Source: Macrostomum lignano (Eukaryota). From it: a DNA stretch of 64,000 nucleotides. Of the stretch, positions 24,826 through 42,000 are shown piece after piece. Where the stretch lies: positions 1 to 64,000 of the forward strand of contig NIVC01003997.1 in NCBI GenBank assembly GCA_002269645.1, read 5' to 3'. Below the pieces are notes generated by a model. It ran no database searches and was not told where the DNA came from. It saw only the letters and a program-made list of their open reading frames with translations. Position numbers and translations under genes: made by a program. How positions within the stretch are numbered: the first letter of the stretch is position 1; the number at the start of each line of letters is the position of its first letter.

Positions 24826-25805
24826 TGTGCTTGTAAAGTCTCACAGTCCAGAGAATATCAACTAAGAGTTGCATAAATGTTTCAGTTTTAATAACTAGAA
24901 GCGGAAGAGCTATCAATGGCACACCAGATTCTGGCTGAAGACCTCCTTGACTTGAAGCGGCGCGCAAAGCAAACAAGGCTCTGTTTGTTTAGAATGGGGG
25001 GGGGGGAAGCCGGGGCTCCGAAGCCAGGCCGAGAGACTGAGTGGAAACTTTCCCCGTCAAGTGACAACTTCAGCTTCCCAACTCTTTTAAAAGAATTCTA
25101 TGCATCGTAGAGACAGACAGACGGATAGAGTAGGTGGAAGGTATTAAGGAGCGATATAATATGTATATATATGAAATAATTTGGGGTTTCGCGGGCCCCG
25201 TCTTGCCTGCCTGCCCATCAGGCGCCGCATGGCTGAAGGAAAACAGGCGGCTCGGCGTGTGTCCGATCGAGGCCGGTGCAGCGGGGCCAGGGACCACCCT
25301 TAGCCTGGCTTCATGCTGCTGCTGCGTGTGTGGGATTCGGGATTGCCGAGTTGAAACTGCCGCTCAGCGGGACGTCTTCATACCGCGTTCTGCGTCCCGC
25401 ATTAAAGATCTTCCACGTTGTTCTCTTCGAATTTCTGCATCTCTCTCTCCATGCTTTCAGGGTGCTGATACGGCAGAAAAGTGAAGTGGAGACAAACCTG
25501 GCTTGGAAGGATTAAGTGACTGATTATGAAGGTGCACAGATTTTTTATGTAGCGTCCTTAATTCGATTCTGCGAAGATTGTCTGCCCTGTTGACTTGCTA
25601 AACTGCTCGATGCGCTGGAGTTGTAGCGAACATGGCTCGTGGCCCGAATTCTGTGTCTACTGTAGCAACATTTTTTCGCGCTTAGCTGTTTAAATTGTTC
25701 GAATTTCATTGAAAAGAATATGCCGGTTTTTTACACTTGCTCCCATTTTGCAGGGGATTCTGGTTGGAAATGTCTCGTCCCACTGCACATTAGTGAGTCT
25801 TAAGT

Positions 25806-25845
25806 AACTGACTGACTGACTGACTGACTGACTGACTGACTGACT

Positions 25846-25877
<32 letters not shown>

Positions 25878-25990
25878 GACTGACTGACTGACTCACTGAC
25901 TGACTGACTCACTCACTGACTCACTGACTGACTGACTAACTATCTAACTAACTAAATAACTAACTAACTGACTAACCAACGAAGGAACGA
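25806..25990. repeat. (CTGA)n microsatellite decaying into (CTAA)n
   Basis: Directly visible. Confidence 0.95.
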
Positions 25991-26914
25991 ACTAAAAAAT
26001 AACTAATTCACTCACTCGCTCTTACTCGCTATGTAAAGATTTACTGACATCCTCAAAAAATAGCGGAGCCTGAGTACGCTCGTACAAAGGGAACAGCGAC
26101 TATGTCATCAAAGGCAAGAAACCCAGCGGAGGGAACAGGTGGAGGCAGACATCCTGGAGGATTGAATGAATGCCGCATGCGCGGGCGCCTCTCCAGAACA
26201 CCTGAGGCCTCCTTCAGTTCAGAACAGAATCCGGAAGCATTGAGTAGCGCAGAGATTCTGAGAGCTGAGTCAGGGCTCGGCCGTTTGACAAGGGATCAGC
26301 CTGAAAATCCGGAAGAGTCGGTGCGTTCGACGGTGAGGGTCTGGGAGACTCGAGACAATCTTCCCATGCCTCCTGGTCACCCGGCAACAACACTGGGGAG
26401 TGGGGGGGGCTTTGAAACACTAGCCTCAGCCCGGCTTGGATGTCCCAGTTCCGTGTTTATCCCTGTATTCGGTGAGTTGCCCCCCGCGCTGGGCAAGTTC
26501 CGCGGAGATTCGAATGGGAAGTGAGAAAGACAGGATATCGGATGGGGAGACTGGCAGGCAGGCCTTTTCAGCACGTGATGCCGAATATAAAGAGACTTCG
26601 TGCGAAGAAGGAGGTTCATGACAGGGCATGGATGGCGCAAGCTGCATTCCCTTGGCTTGGGTGGTCGCATCGCCCGCTAACTATGCCACTTAGCAAAGCT
26701 GAAGTCCCTGCATGGGCGGACTGCCCCCTGCTTTGATATTCTTCACCGTGTCTCTCATCTGCCTGTCTGTCTGTCCGAGTCTTTTTTTATCTTATAGAAA
26801 TTCCTTTCCAACCGGCTTTATAATGCCGATTTTCTTGTGCTGGTCAAGCTTAAAACTGATGGCCGGAAAGCTTTCCGCCAGTTTTAGTAAGAGTTTTAAG
26901 CATAGATTAGTGCT

Positions 26915-27207
26915 AGTGTCTGTCTGTCTGTCTGCCTGTCTATGTCTGTCTGTCTGTCTGTCTATGTCTGTCTGTCTGTCTGTCTGCCTGTCTATGTCTG
27001 TCTGCCTGTCTGTCTGCCTGTCTATGTCTGTCTGTCTGTCTGTCTGCCTGTCTATGTCTGTCTGCCTGTCTATGTCTGTCTGTCTGCCTGTCTGTCTGTC
27101 TGCCTGTCTGTCTGTCTGCCTGTCTGTCTGTCTGTCTGTCTGCCTGTCTATGTCTGTCTGTCTGTCTGTCTGCCTGTCTGTCTGTCTGTCTGCCTGTCTA
27201 TCTGTCC

Positions 27208-27253
<46 letters not shown>

Positions 27254-27260
27254 GTCTGTC

Positions 27261-27293
<33 letters not shown>

Positions 27294-27306
27294 GTCTGTC
27301 TGTCTG

Positions 27307-27365
<59 letters not shown>

Positions 27366-27396
27366 GTGTCTATCTTTCTGTCTGTCTGTCTGCCTG

Positions 27397-27429
<33 letters not shown>

Positions 27430-27510
27430 GCCTGCCTGCCTGCCTGTCTGTCTGTCTGTCTGTCTGTCTGCCTGTCTGTCTGTCTGTCTGTCTGTCTTTG
27501 CGTCTGTCTG

Positions 27511-27555
<45 letters not shown>

Positions 27556-28028
27556 TTGCGTCTGTCTGTGTCTGTCTGTCTGTCTTTGCGTCTGTCTGTG
27601 TCTGTCTGTCTGTCTTTGCGTCTGTCTGTGTCTGTCTGTCTTTGTGTCTGTCTGTCTGCCTGTCTGCCTGTCTGTCTGTCTGTCTGCCTGTCTGCCTGTC
27701 TGTCTGTCTTTGCGTCTGTCTGTGTCTGTCTGCCTGTCTGTCTTTGCGTCTGTCTGTGTCTGTCTGCCTGTCTGTCTTTGCGTCTGTCTGTGTCTGTCTG
27801 CCTGTCTGTCTTTGCGTCTGTCTGTGTCTGTCTGTCTGTCTTTGCGTCTGTCTGTGTCTGTCTGTCTGTCTTTGCGTCTGTCTGTGTCTGTCTGTCTGCC
27901 TGTCTGTCTGTCTTTGCGTCTGTCTGTGTCTGTCTGCCTGTCTGTCTTTGCATCTGTCTGTGTCTGTCTGCCTGTCTGTCTTTGCGTCTGTCTGTGTCTG
28001 TCTGCCTGTCTGTCTTTGCGTCTGTCTG

Positions 28029-28069
<41 letters not shown>

Positions 28070-28088
28070 TTGCGTCTGTCTGTCTGTC

Positions 28089-28121
<33 letters not shown>

Positions 28122-28188
28122 GTCTGTCTGTCTGTCTGTCTTTGCGTCTGTCTGTCTGTCTCTGTCTGTCTGTCTGTCTGTCTGTCTG

Positions 28189-28225
<37 letters not shown>

Positions 28226-28226
28226 T
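26915..28226. repeat. Long (GTCT)n-derived microsatellite, about 1.3 kb
   Basis: Directly visible; source of five spurious long ORFs. Confidence 0.97.
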
Positions 28227-29154
28227 ACTAACATTCTGTCTGCCTGATTTACACAAACCGGTCTCCTCGCATTTCAAGAGTTGTGCAGCCACTTGAAACT
28301 TAAGACTCAGCCGTGCTGCGACCCCAGCTGATTCTGCACCATCAGGTTGCCAGAAGTTGCGGGCAGCTGCAAGCTACAAATACGCGTAAAAAGCTCTTGA
28401 AAAGATGACAATGGAAGCTGCTGGAGGTCCACAGAAATTTTTCCGATCCAAGCGTTTAAGAGAAGTGCTTGCGCAACAGCCTCCATCAGTGGTTGGGGAA
28501 AACTCTGAACCTTTTGACTCGGACACAGGACTTCAATATAGGCAGGGTATGAATGCTGTAGAGGTGTTTCAATTTCCAGCTTGAAGAGCGCACTTGAATT
28601 TTGATGATGAAACTCGAATCTTTTGACTTTCCTAGATATGTGGAGGGCAGAACACATTATTAGCTCGTGTTTATTGACCTCCGTCCTTTTTGAATCGCTG
28701 CATGAAAACCCGCAGGCCAATTTTTGTGCACAAGCCCCAAATATCTTCGTGCAACGCCGGTTTTTGTGCAAGGGGTCACGGCGCGAGAGTCTGAGCTGCT
28801 CTGGCCCCACCATCAGCCCCCATTTACTTTCCCACTCTCCAGCCTTGTGAACTCTGAAGAAAAGAACTGAGGGAATACACGGAAGTGATACCTCTTGACA
28901 GAACTATAATATTTTTGCGGGGGCTATTAATTTCAATAAGCTGTTACACTTTCACAAATAAAAAGCGTCGCAATATTACTTCTATGTATACCACATTCGC
29001 GCAAGTACTATGTATAGAAACATGGATTGGAGGTTTGTGCATAGCTTGAACTGTTTTACAGTAATATTGAAACCCTTGTACAGAGCAGCCTCGCTACCTG
29101 TACGAGTTCAACGCACACTGACAACGAAAATTATAGATAGAAATCTGGGGGAAG

Positions 29155-29725
29155 GTCACACCCGGGTGGTGGGAGATCACACCCGGTGAGGCAAGCTGAG
29201 GGCAGGTGGGAGATCACACCCGGTGAGACATGGGAGCAGGTAGGAGATCACACCCGGTGAGACATGGGAGCAGGTGGGAGATCACACCAGGTGAGACATG
29301 GGGGCAGGTGGGAGATCACAGCAGGTGAGACATGGGAGCAGGTGGGAGATCACACCAGGTGAGACATGGGAGCAGGTAAGAGATCACACCAGGTGAGACA
29401 TGGGAGCAGGTGGGAGATCACACCCGGTGAGACATGGGGGCAGGTAGGAGATCACACCAGGTGAGACATGGGAGCAGGTGGGAGATCACACCCGGTGAGA
29501 CATGGGGGCAGGTAGGAGATCACACCAGGTGAGACATGGGAGCAGGTGGGAGATCACACCCGGTGAGACATGGGGGCAGGTAGGAGATCACACCCGGTGA
29601 GACATGGGAGCAGGTGGGAGATCACACCCGGTGAGACATGGGGGCAGGTAGGAGATCACACCAGGTGAGAGATTACACCAGGTGAGACATGGAGGCAGGT
29701 GAGAGATCACACCAGGTGAGACATG
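29155..29725. repeat. 34-bp minisatellite (CGGTGAGACATGGGAGCAGGTAGGAGATCACACC)
   Basis: Directly visible just 3' of the Lhx2/9 stop codon. Confidence 0.95.
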
Positions 29726-29839
29726 TCCCAAGCCAATCCATTAAAAACAGCCATCAAGACAAAAGCAACGTTTAAAGGAAATTTCGGAAAGTTAACGTTG
29801 ATTAGCCAGCCAGCTTGTCCTCATTTGACCTCGCGCTCC

Positions 29840-36244
<6,405 letters not shown>

Positions 36245-36564
36245 TCGAGCAGCGGTGTATCTTTCTTGGAAAAGCGAACCGGTCAAGCTAGGATTTCTCA
36301 ATGCGGGTATTGCAACAAGAAATTTAATCCCAGGATTTTTTGCGGCTTTGGTAGCCATTCCGACCACCCCGCGGCCCGCCTCATCCTTAGGGAAAAAATT
36401 GCTCAGCCAATGAAAAGCAAGCGAGTTCTCGGCCGACAGCCAATGGGAGTTTGAGAGCGGGAGGGGATTATTCACATTTGGGAAAGTTTGATTCCTGTCC
36501 TAAATAGAGTTCCAGCGAAACTGTGAGACTTGACTGGGGTGGTTTCAAATGGATAGAATGTCAA

Positions 36565-37100
36565 TGGCGGGTGTAGATTGCGAGCTTGGAGGGTGTGGAT
36601 TGGTGGGTGTGGAGGGTGTGGATTGGTGGGTGTGGAGGGTGTGAATTGGTGGGTGTGGAGGGTGTAGATTGGCGGGTTTGGAGGGTGTAGATTGGTGGGT
36701 GTGGAGGGTGTAGATTGGCGGGTTTGGAGGGTGTTGATTGGTGGGTGTGGAGGGTGTAGATTGGCGGGTTTGGAGGGTGTAGATTGGCGGGTGTAGAGGG
36801 TGTAGATTGGCGGGTTTGGAGGGTGTAGATTGGCAATTGTGGAGGGTGTGGAAGGTGTAGATTGGCGGGTGGGGAGGGTATAGATTGGCGGGTGTGAAAG
36901 GTGTAGACTGTGGAAGGTGTAGACTGTGGAAGGTGTAGACTGTGGAAGGTGTAGACTGTGGAAGGTGTAGACTGGCGGGTTTGTAGGGTGTAGATTGGCG
37001 GGTTTGGAAGGTGTAGATCGGCGGGTGTGGGGTGTAGATCGGCGGGTGTGGGGTGTAGATTGGAGAGTGTGAAGGGTGTAGACTGTAGGGTTTGGAGGGT
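36565..37100. repeat. 23-bp G-rich minisatellite (GGAGGGTGTAGATTGGCGGGTTT) upstream of Lhx2/9
   Basis: Directly visible. Confidence 0.92.
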
Positions 37101-37702
37101 AAAGTTTGGTGCGCATGAATGGTGCAAATAGGCTAGAAGATTAAGGTATTAATAAGCTGGTGATGGAGGTTGGAGTGGAGGCCTCATTAATTAAAAAACT
37201 GGACTTCACTGATCTATTGAATCACAACCTCGTTGATATATAGAATCGCAACCCCATTGATCTACAGAATCGGGCCCGCCCTCATTGATCTATGGAATCT
37301 ATGGATCTATGGATCTATGGATCTATGAAATCGCACCTCATTGATCTATATAACTGGGCCTCATTGATCTTTAGATTCGGACTTTACCAATCGCACTACT
37401 CATAAGTAGGATAGTTGGATTTGACAACCTGCATTAAGTAGCAATAATATATTTGTACTCATAGTAAAACACATCGAACGAAAGCGTTACATTTGGAGTG
37501 CAGGAATTTTCAGCATTGAATGCTGATCACAAATGAATAGAATTCTTAACGGCTCGTGGAATTTGCACAGAATTTTAAGTAATCGCAAAAATAGAAACTT
37601 TTAAAGCATATTTATTATAGCAGAATCTCTGGCTACCGATTTTGTTGCATGTTAACAAATTTTTCTTAAAAAATCATTAAACAAGTACCATGGTACATCA
37701 CA

Positions 37703-38068
37703 AGGGAGCCGAAGCCCAGTGATCTGGCGCGGCGCTTTGATGTGCCAGCGGCCCAGGCTCGATTCCAAGTGCAGCCACATTCATTTGGGGCTGAATTGGA
37801 ATCTCGGCTTGGCTCTGCTCGTGCAATTAACGCCATTTGAGGGCCAGCCCCTCAAGGCACAGTGAAGTGTACATGCCTAACGATAAATAAAGTTAGGGCC
37901 GCTGTACACTCCTGTGTGAGTGTGTGCCTGCGTACGTATCCGCGCGCTTGTATGCCTGCTCAGGGGAGTCGGCGGAATGGGCAGTAATGCCTCTCGCCGG
38001 TTGTGTGCCTATGTCGCTTAAAGTGCGCCAGGGTACACATGGCTCCCTTGTTCCAAAATAAAAAGAAA
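37703..38068 (+). mobile_element. tRNA-derived SINE, copy 1
   Basis: About 330 bp of high similarity to 46961-47310; B box GGCTCGATTCC at 37756-37766, degenerate A box, A-rich tail. Confidence 0.85.
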
Positions 38069-38282
38069 TGGTTTATAGCAAACTTAGCAAAACAACAGCA
38101 ATAAATGAAAACACTGCACAAAGGCGAAAGGTAAGGGATAGGGGCAAACACAAGACAGGTGTGAACAGGCTGGCAAACAGAAATTTACAGGCAAGATTAG
38201 ACAGGCGCTACGCAATAATAAAGGACAAATTATTAATAGAAAAATTTCTAACAGTAACAGGCGAAAGAATTGTTAGGAGTTG

Positions 38283-39080
38283 CCATCTCATCAACCAGCC
38301 TCCATCTCATCAACCAGCCTCCTCCATCTCATCACCCAGCCTCCTCCATCTCATCACCCAGCCTCCTCCATCTCATCACCCAGCCTCCTCCATCTCATCA
38401 CCCAGCCTCCTCCATCTCATCACTCAGCCTCCATCTCATCACCCAGCCTCCTCCATCTCATCACCCAGCCTCCTCCATCTCATCACCCAGCCTCCTCCAT
38501 CTCATCACCCAGCCTCCTCCATCTCATCACCCAGCCTCCTCCATCTCATCACCCAGCCTCCTCCATCTCATCACCCAGCCTCCTCCATCTCATCACCCAG
38601 CCTCCTCCATCTCATCACTCAGCCTCCATCTCATCACCCAGCCTCCTCCATCTCATCACCCAGCCTCCTCCATCTCATCACTCAGCCTCCATCTCATCAC
38701 CCAGCCTCCTCCATCTCATCACCCAGCCTCCTCCATCTCATCACTCAGCCTCTTCCCCATCTCATCACTCAGCCTCTCCTCCATCTCATCACCCAGCCTC
38801 CTCCATCTCATCACTCAGCCTCTCCTCCATCTCATCACCCAGCCTCCTCCATCTCATCACTCAGCCTCTCCTCCATCTCATCACCCAGCCTCCTCCATCT
38901 TATCACCCAGCCTCCTCCATCTCATCACCCAGCCTCCTCCATCTCATCACTCAGCCTCTTCCCCATCTCATCACTCAGCCTCTCCTCCATCTCATCACCC
39001 AGCCTCCTCCATCTCATCACTCAGCCTCTTCCCCATCTCATCACTCAGCCTCCTCCATCTCATCACCCAGCCTCCGCCAT
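38283..39080. repeat. 22-bp minisatellite (CCATCTCATCACCCAGCCTCCT) beginning at the pLGIC stop codon
   Basis: Directly visible. Confidence 0.95.
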
Positions 39081-42000
39081 CATCCGGGCGCGATCCCTCG
39101 CCGCCCAGGCCAGATAGACTGTCCAATAGGCTGCCGCGGCCGCCGCGAAAGTCGACGCGAAGGCGACAAAAAAGACGACATCGGCGCACCGCCGCAACCG
39201 CCGCTTCCTGTCGGCGTTTGGCGGCACCGCCGGGCCGATGTAGCGCCTGACGGCTCGGGCCCAGGCCGTCTCGGTGCTGCGAGCCAGCTGACTGCCGCTC
39301 AGCAGCTCCCGGCCGCTACCGCCGCCGCCGCCGCTCTCAGTCGACAAGGATGCAGTCTCTTTCCCAGCCGCGTTGGAGAGCAGAGCGGCCACGGCGAGGG
39401 CCAGGGCTCGAGTCAGGCCGGCAAAGCAAAATAGCAGGCACAGATAGAACCAGGTGTCCAAGGCTCTGCTGCCAGCTCCATGGGGTATCACCTGGTGAGA
39501 ATTTTGGGTCGGCTGATGATTGTGTCAGTTACTTATGACGGTTACCTCAGGACAGGTTACCTCAGGACAGGTTACCTCAGGACAGGTTACCTCAGGACAA
39601 GTTACCTCAGGACAGGTTACCTCAGGACAGGTTACCTCAGGACAGGTTACCTCAGGACAGGTTACCTCAGGACAGGTTACCTCAGGACAGGTTACCTCAG
39701 GACAGGTTACCTCAGGACAGGTTACCTCAGGACAGGTTACCTCAGGACAGGTTACCTCAGGACAGGTTACCTCAGGACAGGTTACCTCAGGACAGGTTAC
39801 CTCAGGACAGGTTACCTCAGGACAGGTTACCTCAGGACAGGTTACCTCAGGACAGGTTACCTCAGGACAGGTTACCTCAGGACAGGTTACCTCAGGACAG
39901 GTTACCTCAGGACAGGTTACCTCAGGACAGGTTACCTCAGGACAGGTTACCTCAGGACAGGTTACCTCAGGACAGGTTACCTCAGGACAGGTTACCTCAG
40001 GACAGGTTACCTCAGGACAGGTTACCTCAGGACAGGTTACCTCAGGAGGACAGGTTAACCCAAGACTCATTGCCTAGGCCTTATTGAAGTCTTTCATTTA
40101 AAAAAATTCATAAAGGCATATTTGCTAAAACAAAGAAATTTATTTTAATATTCAAGAAAAAGTAAAGTAAACACCGGATTCTAATTAACTGTCGCCCCTT
40201 ATTGGCAACTGCTCACCTCCCCTGCATCGAATTTCATCCCGCTGTGGGAGCAGATCTTGGCTCAACTTTTTGTCTAATCTGGCCAATTAAAAACCCTGCT
40301 TTAAGGAAGTTCCAGCTTGTAAACAGTTTGATCTCGAACTCGTGACTCGCTGTTTCCTCTTCAGGTTTTTCTACGAAGAACTTAAAGTTCATTCGCAATG
40401 TACAAGGAAGTCTGTTGCGATTGAAAATGCAGAAATTAGCAGATCTCCTAACTCGTATTAAGTTCTGACCAGAGACAGACTAATCGACAATTTTTACGCA
40501 GTATTGCTTGGATTTTAATACCCACCATATTTTAATAATCCCACCCACCATAGTAGGATAATCTCACCCAATATAGTTGGATAATCTCACCCAATATAGT
40601 TGGATAATCTCACCCAATATAGTTGGATAATCTCACCCAATATAGTTGGATAATCTCACCCAATATAGTTGGATAATCTCACCCAATATAGTTGGATAAT
40701 CTCACCCAATATATCTAATAGTTGGATAATTTCACCCACCCTAGTTCGATAATCTCAACCAATATAGTTGGATAATCTCACCCAATATAGTTGGATAATC
40801 TCACCCAATATAGTTGGATAATCTCACCCATTATAGTTGGACAATCTCACCCAATATAGTTGGATAATCTCACCCAATATAGTTGGATAATCTCACCCAA
40901 TATAGTTGGATAATCTCACCCAATATAGTTGGATAATCTGACACACCCTTATAACCATGAGCTGAGCTGAACTGTGCGACTAATTCACCCAACAGACCCA
41001 AACAATAACTCAATATGCACCTAATAAGTACTCAAAATCAAAGTTCAAATTTGCTTTTAAACCGTTTCCATTTTAGGTAAAATGACAGATTCGTCCCGTT
41101 TTGAATAAAAAATCATTCTTCACAAGAGCAATCGACAACTATAGTAAAACAATTTTAATAAAAAGCAGAGGCGCTTAAACAAAAAGGCGTTTGTTTCCCG
41201 AGAATTTGCTATTGAATGGCGGGTGAAAATATTCTATATTTGGCCATACTGCTGGCTTGCCGGGCTGGAGGGTGAGAGGGAGAGAAGGAAGAGGCTGCAG
41301 ATGGGACCGTGTCGATCCGTGCGGTCTAAAAATAGCGACAAACCCTTCCACTTTTCTGCTCAGGCAGAAATTTCACTGAGACTGAAATTTAATCGAATTT
41401 CTCAGACTCTGGGTGAGGACTGGCTTAAGATTATTCCGGAGAGAAGTAACTGCAACTCTTCTGGTGAAAATCGGTCAGACACTCAGGTGAGACTGGGTCA
41501 GACACTCAGGTGAGACTGGGTCAGACACTCAGGTGAGACTGGGTCAGACACTCAGGTGAGAATCGGTGAGACACTCAGGTGAGAATGGGTCAGACACTCA
41601 GGTGAGAATCAGTGAGACACTCAGGTGAGAATCAGTGAGACTCTCAGGTGAGAATCAGTGAGACACTCGAGTGAGAATCAGTGAGACACTCAGGTGAGAA
41701 TCAGTGAGACACTCAGGTGAGAATTGGTGAGACACTCAGGTGAGAATCAGTGAGACTCTCAGGTGAGAATCAGTGAGACACTCAGGTGAGAATCAGTGAG
41801 ACACTCAGGTGAGAATCAGTGAGACTCTCAGGTGAGAATCAGTGAGACACTCGGGTGAGAATCAGTGAGACTCTCAGGTGAGAATCGGTGAGACACTCAG
41901 GTGAGAATCAGTGAGACAATCAGGTGAGAATCAGTGAGACTCTCAGGTGAGAATCAGTGAGACACTCAGGTGAGAATCAGTGAGACACTCAGGTGAGAAT

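Noticed and set aside
24890-26900. Unique GC-moderate sequence with short ORFs and a CTAG|T end, possibly a Helitron or other TE
   Set aside because: No matching 5' TC end, no properly placed hairpin, no second copy and no transposase motif.
26712-28296. Several 330-510 aa ORFs (CLSV/RQTD repeats)
   Set aside because: Read-through of a (GTCT)n microsatellite that lacks stop codons; no protein features.
28260-28860. 168-aa minus-strand ORF and a TGA-rich plus-strand frame suggesting a decayed gene
   Set aside because: About 9 stops in 200 codons on the plus frame matches chance; no recognisable domain or splice context for the minus ORF.
36400-36445. Two CAGCCAAT boxes upstream of Lhx2/9 as a promoter
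   Set aside because: Plausible, but the TSS and true start codon are unknown; short motifs alone are insufficient.
39539-40050. Regular direct repeats resembling a CRISPR array (also 6933-7630 and 62405-62830)
   Set aside because: Head-to-tail units with no unique spacers, in eukaryotic introns, with no cas genes.
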